Below are positions 38,195-47,502 of a stretch of DNA of 64,000 nucleotides, piece by piece. Position 1 is the first letter of the stretch. Each line of letters opens with the position of its first letter. The stretch comes from Bdellovibrionota bacterium (GTDB lineage Bacteria; Bdellovibrionota_C; UBA2361; OMII01). Below the pieces are notes generated by a model. It was not told where the DNA came from and did no database searches. It was given only the letters and a program-made list of their open reading frames with translations. The stretch spans positions 77 through 64,076 of the forward strand of contig JBIKWQ010000007.1 in the NCBI GenBank assembly GCA_044356215.1. The letters are read 5' to 3'. The position numbers and the translations under genes were made by a program.

Positions 38195-38270
38195 GGCCCC
38201 ATCGTCTAGTGGTCTAGGACGCTGGCCTCTCACGCCGGAAACATGGGTTCGAGTCCCATTGGGGTCACCA
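38195..38270 (+). tRNA. tRNA-Glu (anticodon CUC)
   Basis: Manual fold. Acceptor GGCCCCA/TGGGGTC, D-arm GTCTAGTGGTCTAGGAC typical of tRNA-Glu, anticodon stem CTGGC/GCCGG with loop CTCTCAC, T-arm with GGTTCGAGTCC, and an encoded CCA. Confidence 0.85.
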
Positions 38271-38378
38271 GTAGTAGCGCTAAAGCGGATCTCTTGGTTA
38301 ATTGGCGATTCGCCTCCCGCTAGTCTCGTCCCGTATCTCTTAATTTCTGTGCTCTCTTAATTTCTTGGGATTCAAACG

Positions 38379-39281
38379 ATGGCAAACTCTTCTTGCGCTA
38401 ACTCCAACAGCTCCTTCGATATAAAGGTCGGTTTAGCACGCATGCTTTGCAACGGCGTGATTATGGACGTGATCGACGTGGAACAGGCTCGCGTAGCTGA
38501 GGACGCCGGTGCAATAGCCGTTATGGCCTTGGAACGTGTCCCTTCGGATATCCGCCGTGATGGTGGCGTGGCTCGCATGAGCGACCCACGGATGATCGAG
38601 GAGATCAAAGCCGCAGTTAGCATCCCTGTAATGGCTAAGGTTCGTATCGGTCATATCGCAGAGGCGCAGATACTTGAGGCGATCGGGATCGATTTCATCG
38701 ATGAGTCAGAGGTGCTGACACCCGCCGACCCACATCTCCATATCGACAAGCATGAGTATAAAACCCCTTTCGTCTGCGGAGCTAAAGATATCGGCGAGGC
38801 TCTAAGACGTGTGAAAGAGGGCGCGGCGATGATGCGCACGAAGGGCGAGGCAGGAACAGGTAATATTATAGAGGCCGTCAGACACCTTCGCGAAATTAAT
38901 CGTGGTATTGCTGAGCTTGCTAATCTCTCAGATGACCTACTAGCTGAGAAAGCCGAGCAATATAGGGTGCCAGTAGCGCTGCTTAAAGAGGTCCGCCAAT
39001 CCGGGCGTCTCCCTGTGCCAAACTTCGCCGCCGGCGGAGTAGCGACCCCAGCAGACGCCGCGCTATGCAGGATGCTCGGCGCTGAATCTGTTTTTGTTGG
39101 CTCGGGTATATTCAAGTCAGAGAATCCCCTTCAGTTCGCTAAGGCAGTTGTGCAGGCGACATGCTTCTATAACGAGCCTAAGAAGCTCCTTGAGGTGTCA
39201 CGTGGGTTAGGACAGGCGATGCGTGGAATCGAGATCGGTACGATCCCAACTGAGTCAAAGCTAGCTAATAGAGGTTGGTAA
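38379..39281 (+). CDS. pdxS: pyridoxal 5'-phosphate synthase lyase subunit PdxS
   Basis: Highly conserved PdxS/SNZ sequence throughout ([21 protein letters not shown]..., GEAGTGNI). Confidence 0.95.
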   Translation: MANSSCANSNSSFDIKVGLARMLCNGVIMDVIDVEQARVAEDAGAIAVMALERVPSDIRRDGGVARMSDPRMIEEIKAAVSIPVMAKVRIGHIAEAQILEAIGIDFIDESEVLTPADPHLHIDKHEYKTPFVCGAKDIGEALRRVKEGAAMMRTKGEAGTGNIIEAVRHLREINRGIAELANLSDDLLAEKAEQYRVPVALLKEVRQSGRLPVPNFAAGGVATPADAALCRMLGAESVFVGSGIFKSENPLQFAKAVVQATCFYNEPKKLLEVSRGLGQAMRGIEIGTIPTESKLANRGW

Positions 39282-39287
39282 CTCTCT

Positions 39288-39881
39288 TTGAAAGTGGGCG
39301 CTTCAACCGTAGGAATTCTTGGTTACCAGGGATGCATTGAGCCGCACGAGGCGATCTTTAAAGCGCTCCGTGTTAATTGCATGCGGGTCCGAACACCTGA
39401 GGATCTAGAAAAAGTAGATCGTATAATCCTTCCCGGTGGCGAGAGCACCACGATGCTTCGTTTTATGAAGCTTCACGGGATGTTTCCTGCTCTGCAAGAG
39501 TTCGCTAAATCGCACCCTGTATGGGGTATCTGCGCCGGCGCGATTCTGCTCGCTGCCGAAGTAACCAATCCATCGCAGGACTCCTTACAGCTAATAGATA
39601 TCGTCGCTCACCGCAACTTCTACGGCTCCCAACTAGATTCCTTTGATGCGCGGATTACGATCGATCTATGCGCCGAACCAATAACAGCTCAGTTCATTCG
39701 AGCCCCGTTATTAGCTCCACTTAAGAGCGCTAAATCAGGGTCGAGAGATGCTCTAAAGATCCACGCCTACTACAACGACCAGCCTGTATTCTTCTCCCAA
39801 GGAAATGTTTGGGCCTGCTCATTTCATGTCGAGTTAGGCAGTAATCTTGAGCTGCATCGGAGATTTGTGGATGGGGGATAA
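39288..39881 (+). CDS. pdxT: pyridoxal 5'-phosphate synthase glutaminase subunit PdxT
   Basis: Class I glutamine amidotransferase (GICAG nucleophile elbow) immediately downstream of pdxS. Confidence 0.9.
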   Translation: MKVGASTVGILGYQGCIEPHEAIFKALRVNCMRVRTPEDLEKVDRIILPGGESTTMLRFMKLHGMFPALQEFAKSHPVWGICAGAILLAAEVTNPSQDSLQLIDIVAHRNFYGSQLDSFDARITIDLCAEPITAQFIRAPLLAPLKSAKSGSRDALKIHAYYNDQPVFFSQGNVWACSFHVELGSNLELHRRFVDGG

Positions 39882-39889
39882 TCCTCCCC

Positions 39890-40432
39890 CTAATAAACCT
39901 CCGCCTCCCTAAGCAAAACAGCCTGCGCATCTTTCGCCGATAGGCTCGGCTGATAGTCAATGGGCCAGACGATATTAATCTCAGGATCGTTCCACTTGAT
40001 CGCTCTCTCATGCGCCGGAGCATAATAGTCGGATGCCTTATAAAGAACCTCCGCTGTATCGGATAACGTCACAAATCCGTGAGCAAACCCCGCCGGAACC
40101 CACATCTGACGCTTATTAGCCCCTGAAAGCACCTCTCCTACCCATTTACCAAAAGTCGGAGAGCCGCGGCGGATATCCACAGCCACATCGAAAATTTCAC
40201 CAGAGATCACACGCACAAGCTTAGACTGAGCATTCTGGATCTGATAATGCAGGCCGCGGAGAACTCCCTTTGAGGATAAGGAATGATTGTCCTGAACAAA
40301 CGTCACATCCTTATCAAGCGCCTCATTAAAGCGCTGCTTGTTATAGCTCTCTAAAAAGAACCCGCGCTCATCACCAAAAACTTTAGGCTCAATAAGCAAT
40401 ACATCTGGAATCTCTAAGGGGGTAACTTTCAT
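39890..40432 (-). CDS. rfbC: dTDP-4-dehydrorhamnose 3,5-epimerase
   Basis: RmlC cupin fold with RGLHYQ and related motifs. 180 aa. Confidence 0.85.
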   Translation of the reverse strand: MKVTPLEIPDVLLIEPKVFGDERGFFLESYNKQRFNEALDKDVTFVQDNHSLSSKGVLRGLHYQIQNAQSKLVRVISGEIFDVAVDIRRGSPTFGKWVGEVLSGANKRQMWVPAGFAHGFVTLSDTAEVLYKASDYYAPAHERAIKWNDPEINIVWPIDYQPSLSAKDAQAVLLREAEVY

Positions 40433-40793
40433 ACTTCGCGCTCCAACATAAGAACTTTGTCGTACTCTCTTATCACAAAGCCTTTATCTCGTATTTGACC
40501 GGATATTAGCCGTTTTATCGTTGAAACAGCAACTGTTCGCCATATTCTGCTACTCCGTAGAAGCAGTGGATCTAAAACAGCTATTTCCCCTTCAATTACC
40601 GAGTGTGAAAGAAGCACAGCGCAGTGACGGTCATATCAATTCAGGACCGCTTCGATGGAAGATTCCCGTCTACCGAGGCAAAGCCCGCGCAAATGGGTTT
40701 CACTAAGGCTGGCGGGGCGAAATATGGGTCACTGAGCCCGTATTTCCGGCACTCCGTTAGTGGACTATCTTTAACTCCGGTTAAAGAATCTCT

Positions 40794-40997
40794 ATGAAAA
40801 TATCGGAACGCTTAAAAAAAGCTATTGAAAGTTCAAAAAAGACCCGCTACGCCATAGCCGTTGGCTCGGGGGTAGACCACGCTGTCCTAAGACGCTTTAT
40901 GCGTGGCGAGCGGGATATCAAACTGACCACTGCCGAGAATCTGGCCGAGTTCCTAGAACTCGAGCTGACGCCAAAAAGGAAAAATGGGAAGAGCTAA
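40794..40997 (+). CDS. small XRE/Cro-like helix-turn-helix protein (67 aa)
   Basis: HTH-like segment YAIAVGSGVDHAVLRRFMRGERDIKLTTAENLAEFL. Confidence 0.4.
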   Translation: MKISERLKKAIESSKKTRYAIAVGSGVDHAVLRRFMRGERDIKLTTAENLAEFLELELTPKRKNGKS

Positions 40998-41902
40998 TAC
41001 ACCCTCTCCCCACTCCCTGGCTCCCTGGTCTTCCAGCGACGATGGATCCAGAACCACCCCTCGGGAAACGCGCGGATCATCTCGCAATAGTGACCCGATA
41101 TCGTCTTTGTAATCTCTAAAACCTTTTCATCATCACTTTTAGACTGGTCAGCGTACAAACCCGAGAAATCACACTCAACCGATTCAACTCTGTAGCGGTC
41201 ATTACCTAGATAAATCATCGCGGCGACGAACACAGGGGCATCTGTCTTTATGGCCGCCAGGGCGAAGGCGCGCGTAGTCGCCGCGGCCTTCCCAAACCAA
41301 TCAACAAACACCGCGTGATTAATCTTAACGTTCTGATCAAAGAGCACGGCAACAGAGGTTCCGGAGTTTATAGTTTTAACTATCTCCTTAAACGCGCCCG
41401 TACGGTCTATAATTCGATTGCCACGAGCTTCCCGTAGCTCACGCCACCAGTTATCGAGCCTCGGGGACTTAAATCTCCGGGCTACCGCAGCTAAAGGATG
41501 CCCCCGCAGACCCATGGCGTGACCAAGCAACTCAAAACTTCCAAGGTGCCCTGTAGCAATTAATACCCCTCTCTTTGAGGCAACCTCGCTATAGCGCTCA
41601 AGCCAAGGGATCTCTACGTGAGTCTTCGCCCAACTAGCATCTAGCCGCGAGAGCCTGAAGGTATCAGCCAATAGTCGCCCCATCTCTGTAGCGTTTCCTC
41701 TGATAAGCGCTCGCCTGGCTGATGAATCTTTATCTGGGTAGGCTATACTTAAATTTACCTCAGCCGTTTTTCTTAGTCTGGGAATGATTAAGATCGCGAT
41801 CCACCACAACCATCCAAATATCGCTACGCACAAGCGATGCGGCAACGCGCCAAACAGCGCGAAAAGCGTTTTAAAAGCGATGTACTTTATCCAATCGATC
41901 AA
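40994..41902 (-). CDS. lpxL: lipid A biosynthesis (Kdo)2-lipid IVA acyltransferase, LpxL/LpxM (HtrB) family
   Basis: N-terminal TM helix and the lysophospholipid-acyltransferase H-x4-E motif region (GHLGSFELLG). Confidence 0.7.
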   Translation of the reverse strand: MIDWIKYIAFKTLFALFGALPHRLCVAIFGWLWWIAILIIPRLRKTAEVNLSIAYPDKDSSARRALIRGNATEMGRLLADTFRLSRLDASWAKTHVEIPWLERYSEVASKRGVLIATGHLGSFELLGHAMGLRGHPLAAVARRFKSPRLDNWWRELREARGNRIIDRTGAFKEIVKTINSGTSVAVLFDQNVKINHAVFVDWFGKAAATTRAFALAAIKTDAPVFVAAMIYLGNDRYRVESVECDFSGLYADQSKSDDEKVLEITKTISGHYCEMIRAFPEGWFWIHRRWKTREPGSGERVY

Positions 41903-42405
41903 TTCGTTACCCCGACATTTTTTCGACGAGAGTTTTTACGACAGAACCGCTCAAGCGCCCTAAGGGTCTTATCGCTTACATGATGCTCTATACCCTCAGC
42001 GTCTATCCGCGCGGTCGCCTGATCGACCCCTATCCTCTCAAGAAATTCCAGAACGACTTCGTGCCGTCTGCGGACTTTTGAAGCCAGACGCTTCCCCTGG
42101 GATGTTAAAAAAATGGAGCGATACCGCTCAGCGGTCACCAGTCCCTGCCCGCCAAGCCGAGCTATCGTTCTGTTCACTGTTACGTGGGTAACTCCGAGCC
42201 TTTTAGCTATATCGACAACTCTGGCCTCTCCCATCTCGTCCAGTAGGTCATTAATCACTTCAACATAATCCTCCGCGAGCTCGCTAGCATGTGCTCTGCG
42301 GGTCATCCTGTGAGGCTCCGGGGAAGCGACCAACTTAGTCCTTGCAGAGCGTCTAGCGACCTTGTCTCTTTTGGCTCCTAAATCCTTAGCCGCTCTGGAT
42401 ACCAT
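41899..42405 (-). CDS. DtxR/MntR-family metal-dependent transcriptional repressor (TroR-like)
   Basis: DtxR-type winged HTH (VVDIAKRLGVTHVTVNRTIARLGGQGLV) and metal-binding domain. Divergent from the Tro-like ABC transporter. Confidence 0.8.
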   Translation of the reverse strand: MVSRAAKDLGAKRDKVARRSARTKLVASPEPHRMTRRAHASELAEDYVEVINDLLDEMGEARVVDIAKRLGVTHVTVNRTIARLGGQGLVTAERYRSIFLTSQGKRLASKVRRRHEVVLEFLERIGVDQATARIDAEGIEHHVSDKTLRALERFCRKNSRRKNVGVTN

Positions 42406-42472
42406 GCGTTTACCTCGATAAAAGTAGCCCCTGTCGACTACTAACTCTTGACCTTAATATTACGTCATCGCT

Positions 42473-42517
42473 AGAATTGTAGCATATGATACATTTTTTT
42501 GCAGCTGCTACAATTCT
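42473..42517 (+). promoter_or_regulatory. perfect 12-bp inverted repeat AGAATTGTAGCA / TGCTACAATTCT bracketing the start codon of the metal-ABC substrate-binding gene
   Basis: Arms at 42473-42484 and 42506-42517 with a 21-bp spacer centred on the ATG at 42486. Candidate operator or translation-occluding mRNA hairpin. Confidence 0.3.
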
Positions 42518-43406
42518 TCTGCTCGCCGCGTTTCCTACGAATATCTATAGCCAACAATCTTTAACTGTAGTCGCCACGACAAATATCATAGCTGACACCA
42601 CTAAAACCATCGCCGGGGATGACGCTCAAGTTATTTCCTTAATGGGGCCAGGAGTAGATCCTCACTTATACAAGGCATCTCCAGGGGACCTCCGCGCTTT
42701 ATCGAGCGCCTCTCTTATTCTTCACAACGGGCTAAACCTAGAGGGACGATTATCTGAGGCTATCAATAATTTAGCGAGCCGAAAGCCTGTGATCGCGATC
42801 TCTGACAGTATTCCCAGAGAGAAACTAAAACGATTGGCCGGATCGAGCGATCTTTACGATCCTCATATCTGGTTTGATCCCCAGCTCTGGATCATCTGCG
42901 CCGCGGAGATATCAAAGGCTCTCGTTAAATACGACCCTGCGAGGGCCGAACGCTACGAGAGACGATTTCAAGAGCTCCGTGATTCATTGATTAACCTAGA
43001 CACCTGGGCTCGCGATGAGCTCTCTAAAATTCCGTCAGAGCGAAGAGCTCTAGTTACCGCCCATGATGCTTTTGGATACTTTGGAAGGGCGTATAACCTA
43101 GAGCTGCTGGCGATCCAGGGGATCAGTACCGAGAGTGAGGCGAGTCTTAGAACGATTAATGAGCTGGTTGATGTCATCGCGCGACGCAAGATACCCGCGA
43201 TATTTATTGAGAACACGATCTCGCCTAAAACGGTCGAATCATTAGTTGAGGGAGTCAAGGCGAAGGGGCATGCGGTGAAGATAGGTGGTGAACTGTACGG
43301 GGACTCTCTCGGAGCTCCGGGAACCCCCGCTGAAAGCTACTCGGGAGCCTTAGGACACAACGTAACAACCATCGCGCAAGCTCTACTACAAGAAACCAAG
43401 GAGTAG
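42486..43406 (+). CDS. metal (Mn/Zn) ABC transporter substrate-binding protein, TroA/ZnuA cluster-9 family
   Basis: Signal peptide and TroA-like SBP similarity. First gene of a four-gene ABC operon. Confidence 0.85.
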   Translation: MIHFFAAATILLLAAFPTNIYSQQSLTVVATTNIIADTTKTIAGDDAQVISLMGPGVDPHLYKASPGDLRALSSASLILHNGLNLEGRLSEAINNLASRKPVIAISDSIPREKLKRLAGSSDLYDPHIWFDPQLWIICAAEISKALVKYDPARAERYERRFQELRDSLINLDTWARDELSKIPSERRALVTAHDAFGYFGRAYNLELLAIQGISTESEASLRTINELVDVIARRKIPAIFIENTISPKTVESLVEGVKAKGHAVKIGGELYGDSLGAPGTPAESYSGALGHNVTTIAQALLQETKE

Positions 43407-44173
43407 TGGCAAAGATGAACAATCCTAGCGCGCTTGAAGTGAGCAACCTCCGAGTAGCCTACGGGCAGAAACCGGCGCTGTGGGATATAAACTTAAACCT
43501 CCCGAGCGGAACATTAACAGCTATCATTGGGCCAAATGGGGCCGGAAAATCAACTCTGCTAAAATCTGTTTTAGGACTCCTCCCAGTTGATAGTGGTAGC
43601 ACCAGGATATTTGGCGATGACATCACCCGAGTCCGGAATCGAGTCGCGTATGTTCCACAAACTGAGAGTGTCGACTGGGACTTCCCGATATCAGTGCTTG
43701 ATGTAGTTCTTATGGGCCGCTATGGAAAGCTCGGATGGCTTAAAAGGGCGACACCTAAGGACACAGAGATCGCTCAAAGCTGCTTAGAGATGGTCGGAAT
43801 TTCCGATCTAGCGACCAGACAGATCGGCCAGCTCTCAGGAGGACAACAACAAAGGGTATTCTTAGCCCGCGCTCTTGCCTCAGAAGCCGACCTTTATTTA
43901 ATGGATGAGCCCTTCGCGGGGATCGACGCCGCTTCAGAAGCGACGGTTATCGAGATTATGAGAAAGCTTCGGAAAACGGGGAAAACGGTCATTACCGTTC
44001 ATCACGATCTTCAAACCGCGTCTGAGTACTTTGACTGGATAGTTTTACTAAATTGTCGCCTGATAGCTTCTGGACCAACTGCTCAGGTGTTAACCCCGGA
44101 AAATCTTCACAATACATACGGGGGAAGGCTGACAATACTAGAACGCGTCAGCGAGGCGACCGCGGAAAGATGA
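43406..44173 (+). CDS. metal ABC transporter ATP-binding protein
   Basis: Walker A GPNGAGKST, ABC signature LSGGQQQRV, Walker B LYLMDEP. Confidence 0.9.
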   Translation: MAKMNNPSALEVSNLRVAYGQKPALWDINLNLPSGTLTAIIGPNGAGKSTLLKSVLGLLPVDSGSTRIFGDDITRVRNRVAYVPQTESVDWDFPISVLDVVLMGRYGKLGWLKRATPKDTEIAQSCLEMVGISDLATRQIGQLSGGQQQRVFLARALASEADLYLMDEPFAGIDAASEATVIEIMRKLRKTGKTVITVHHDLQTASEYFDWIVLLNCRLIASGPTAQVLTPENLHNTYGGRLTILERVSEATAER

Positions 44174-45108
44174 ACTTAGCGATGAATATTAGCTTTGATA
44201 TCATCAGCCAGCTCACCAGCTTTAACACCATCACCGTTCTCGTTGGCACCGCATTGCTCGGGTTTGCTTGTGGAATCATCGGGGCCTTTAATACACTTCG
44301 AGATCGAGCTCTTGTCGGAGACTGCGTCGCGCACGCGTCGCTACCTGGAATTTGCCTAGCTTTTCTTCTACTCAGAGACAGGAGCTTTTTACCTCTATTT
44401 TGCGGCGCTATCTGCTCTGGACTGCTTAGCGTCTGGTGCATATCTCTTATTCGATCGAGGTCTAAGATAAAATCTGATTCGGCGATCGCCCTTACCCTTA
44501 GCTGCTTCTTTGGCGCTGGTATCGCCCTCTCACGCTTAATCCAAAATCTTCCAGGTGGTAGCGCCGCGGGATTAGACAGCTTCATCCTCGGTAAGGCCGC
44601 CAGTATCTCGTCCTCCGATCTGACGACCATATCCTGTGTGGCGCTTATGACTCTCGGCGCGACTTTACTCTTCTTTAAAGAGTTTGTGCTTATCTGCTTT
44701 GACCGTGATTTCGCGGCGGTCCAGGGTTACCCCGTAAACTTGTTGGATATACTTTTAATGATCCTAATGTGCCTGTGCGTAGCGGCGGGACTCCCCGCTG
44801 TGGGAGCGGTACTGGTTGTCGCTCTGCTAATCTTTCCCGTTGTCACCGCCAGGATCTGGAGCGAGCGGATAAAGACTGTGGTGATATTATCTGGGGTGTT
44901 CGGGTCGTTATGCTGCGGCTGTGGTGTTGTTCTAAGCGCCCTGATCCCAACAGAAGTAATCAGCGGCGGCCTCCCCACGGGGCCGATAATTGTTGTCTGC
45001 GCGTCGCTACTTTTAATAATATCTCTTGCTGGCAAGTCAGCTCTCAGTCGCGCGAGAGCGCTCTCATATAATCACGGAAAGACTTCACCGGGGGGTGATT
45101 TATGCTAG
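44170..45108 (+). CDS. metal ABC transporter permease (TroC/ZnuB-like)
   Basis: Multi-TM permease. Start ATG overlaps the ATPase stop (ATGA). The longer ORF-track start at 44053 overlaps the ATPase gene and is unlikely. Confidence 0.85.
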   Translation: MNLAMNISFDIISQLTSFNTITVLVGTALLGFACGIIGAFNTLRDRALVGDCVAHASLPGICLAFLLLRDRSFLPLFCGAICSGLLSVWCISLIRSRSKIKSDSAIALTLSCFFGAGIALSRLIQNLPGGSAAGLDSFILGKAASISSSDLTTISCVALMTLGATLLFFKEFVLICFDRDFAAVQGYPVNLLDILLMILMCLCVAAGLPAVGAVLVVALLIFPVVTARIWSERIKTVVILSGVFGSLCCGCGVVLSALIPTEVISGGLPTGPIIVVCASLLLIISLAGKSALSRARALSYNHGKTSPGGDLC

Positions 45109-45962
45109 TCAGTCTTTCCACTGAGGAAATGTGGATTCTAGCCACATGCTCAGTATGCGCTGTGGCGTGCGCCATTCCAGGGGTTTTCTTATTGCTGAGC
45201 CGCAAAAGCTTATTAGCGGATGGCATATCACATTCTGCCCTGGCTGGGATCAGTTTTGCTTTTCTATTAACTGGCTCGCGAAATCCTCTTTATATGTTAA
45301 TCGGCGCGATCATAGCGGGGCTCCTTACCGCTTGGGGAGCAACCGCGTTGTCGCGCGCCGCGCGAATAAAGCCTGATGCCGCTCTGGGGATCGTGTTCAC
45401 CACTCTGTTCTCTATCGGCGTGATTATTATCAGCGCCGTGGCTAAGCAGATCGACCTAGATCCAGGATGTGTATTGTACGGGCTCGCTGAGTTCATCCCT
45501 TTTAATACGGTAATGCTATATGGCTACACCATACCGAAGAGCTTTGTCTGGCTGACAGGAATCCTAATAATTAATCTGACTCTATCTCTATTATTTTGGA
45601 AGGAGTTAAAGCTAGCGATCTTCGATCCTCTCTTAGCGACGACTCTTGGATTCAACGTAAAAGCTATTAACTATGGGGTGATGTTAGTTAGCGCGGCGAC
45701 TATCGTTCTATCCTTTGAGGCGCTTGGGTCTATCTTAGTCGTCGCTTTGCTGGTCGCTCCCGCGGCGTGCGCATATCTGCTTAGTAACCGCCTGGCGACT
45801 GTTATGTTTGTGGCGCCCCTAGTTGGTATAGCGTCAACGGTAATAGGCTTCTACGGGGCGCTGGTGATGAATACTTCGGTAGCTGGCATGATTGCTGTGG
45901 GGGCGGGGGGGGTGTTTGTTATGGTTATGTCATGCGCTTCCCTGGGAAAAGCTAAGCTTTAG
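45102..45962 (+). CDS. metal ABC transporter permease (TroD-like, second permease)
   Basis: Paralogous multi-TM permease overlapping the preceding gene by 7 bp. Confidence 0.85.
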   Translation: MLVSLSTEEMWILATCSVCAVACAIPGVFLLLSRKSLLADGISHSALAGISFAFLLTGSRNPLYMLIGAIIAGLLTAWGATALSRAARIKPDAALGIVFTTLFSIGVIIISAVAKQIDLDPGCVLYGLAEFIPFNTVMLYGYTIPKSFVWLTGILIINLTLSLLFWKELKLAIFDPLLATTLGFNVKAINYGVMLVSAATIVLSFEALGSILVVALLVAPAACAYLLSNRLATVMFVAPLVGIASTVIGFYGALVMNTSVAGMIAVGAGGVFVMVMSCASLGKAKL

Positions 45963-46578
45963 TTGTTTGGGGAGGGGTTATCAGGTCGCCTTCTTTACTA
46001 TCATCACTCGAGGGCTCCGGTAAGATATCTCTGAAACGATCAGACTCTAAATTATGCGTCTCGGCCGACTCACAGTAACTTTTTACCAGTCGAGTGAATC
46101 TCTCAGGATCATTCAGAATTTCACCAAATCTAAGCAGCAAAGCCTTTGCCCTCTGAATCTCACTTTCTTCGCGCACAAAGAGGTATTCCCGCACCAAATT
46201 CCCAATCGTCTCCTCGAGGATGTCATGCAAATCTTTCCTGAGATGAGGGTTTCCGTTGCATGCCTCTTTAAGAAATCCCAGAGCTGGGCCTTTGAACGGC
46301 AGACCAGTTGGCCTCTCATGATCCGCAATATCGCCACCTTTAAGATATAAACCTAAATGTCTTAGATTGAGCTCACGTTTCAGCAGATGTGCGATTAATT
46401 CCGAGGTTTCTTTTCTCTCACTTAGCTGTTTACTCAGCTTTGCAACTTGGATTAGATCAGAGTGTCTAAGTTGATTTCTTTCACCTAATCGAAAGACCAG
46501 ATCGGCTATTGGGTCCTCCGTTGCTGTTGCATGCCCTAGCTCCGAATCTGTTTTTCTTATTTTTATCTCAGTACCCAT
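45952..46578 (-). CDS. hypothetical protein (208 aa)
   Basis: ORF only, with no confident domain. Confidence 0.4.
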   Translation of the reverse strand: MGTEIKIRKTDSELGHATATEDPIADLVFRLGERNQLRHSDLIQVAKLSKQLSERKETSELIAHLLKRELNLRHLGLYLKGGDIADHERPTGLPFKGPALGFLKEACNGNPHLRKDLHDILEETIGNLVREYLFVREESEIQRAKALLLRFGEILNDPERFTRLVKSYCESAETHNLESDRFRDILPEPSSDDSKEGDLITPPQTTKA

Positions 46579-46717
46579 CCCACTAAAATAACATCACCCA
46601 GAAATCTGAGTCTCGTTATCCTAGTTAGAATAGCGTTAAAACCTCCTAACAATCCCGCCTGAAGCCACAAACTCCTTATTTTGCTCAATAAAACAAATAA
46701 AACTCGCTTCAACAAGA

Positions 46718-46880
46718 CAGGGCGTCGCAGTGTTTTTGGTAAGCTGCTGGGATAATTGGTAAAATATTTTTTACCACAGAGGACGCAGAGGACACAGAGA
46801 AAACCCCATAATTTACCGTAAAATTGCCGTTCTCTGTTTACTCTGCGTCCTCTGTGGTGATAAAGAACTGCGACGCCCTA
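46718..46880. repeat. MITE-like repeat, family A, copy A5 (163 bp)
   Basis: cAGGGCGTCGCAGTG...ACTGCGACGCCCTa termini with perfect 13-bp inverted repeats. Flanked by TCAACAAGA / TCAACGAGA, a 9-bp direct repeat with one mismatch. Confidence 0.85.
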
Positions 46881-46915
46881 TCAACGAGAGCTTTGCTCGC
46901 CTCCGGTAAGGCAAA

Positions 46916-47431
46916 CTACGCCGCCTTAAGCCTAGCTATCGCCTGCTTCACAGCCTCAAATGCGTCATCCTCGCCTACCTCAACCGAGATAGTCGATACA
47001 GGCTCCCCGGCTGTTGGGCGCTCCAAAGTAGCGAACTGGCTATCGAGAAGCGATACCGGCATATACTCATGCTGTCTCTTCAACATCCGATCGCGGATTG
47101 TCTCCTTGCTGCCATCTAAAAACATGAAGTGAATGCCGTCATTGAGGTCTTTAGCCAGACGCTCTCTATATACTCGCTTGAGCCCTGAGCAGGTTACAAC
47201 GCTCCACTCGACATCGATCGATTTCATCGCGTTGTTGAGACGATCAAGCCACGGCCATCGATCATCATCATTGAGCGGAATCCCAGCGCGCATCTTCTCC
47301 TTCATCTCAGGAGTATGAAACTCATCGGCCTCGATCACTCTGCAGTTAAGATACTGAGCTGTTCTAGCGGCTAAAGTAGTTTTGCCGCACCCACAAACAC
47401 CCATAAAGACGAGTCTGATACTTGATTTCAT
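46916..47431 (-). CDS. gntK: gluconokinase (shikimate/gluconate kinase family)
   Basis: P-loop MGVCGCGKTT and GntK-like length of 171 aa. Confidence 0.7.
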   Translation of the reverse strand: MKSSIRLVFMGVCGCGKTTLAARTAQYLNCRVIEADEFHTPEMKEKMRAGIPLNDDDRWPWLDRLNNAMKSIDVEWSVVTCSGLKRVYRERLAKDLNDGIHFMFLDGSKETIRDRMLKRQHEYMPVSLLDSQFATLERPTAGEPVSTISVEVGEDDAFEAVKQAIARLKAA

Positions 47432-47502
47432 GTGTAACCCACTGAAAGCTTTTAAACCGCGATGCAGTTGCCAAACAGTATAAACAGGCCACTTCTTAGC
47501 CG

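Noticed and set aside
38651-39115. Long antisense ORFs inside well-supported genes: 38651..39115 inside pdxS, 62619..63005 inside the RND pump, 55668..55979 inside ppiD, 48317..48646 inside the sigma-54 regulator, and several others in the track.
   Set aside because: They overlap strongly conserved genes on the opposite strand and have no independent support. These are typical spurious ORFs.
44053-44169. The longer 5' extension of the first permease ORF (track start 44053).
   Set aside because: It overlaps the ATPase gene in another frame. An ATG at 44170 forms the classic ATGA stop/start overlap and gives a normal permease N-terminus.
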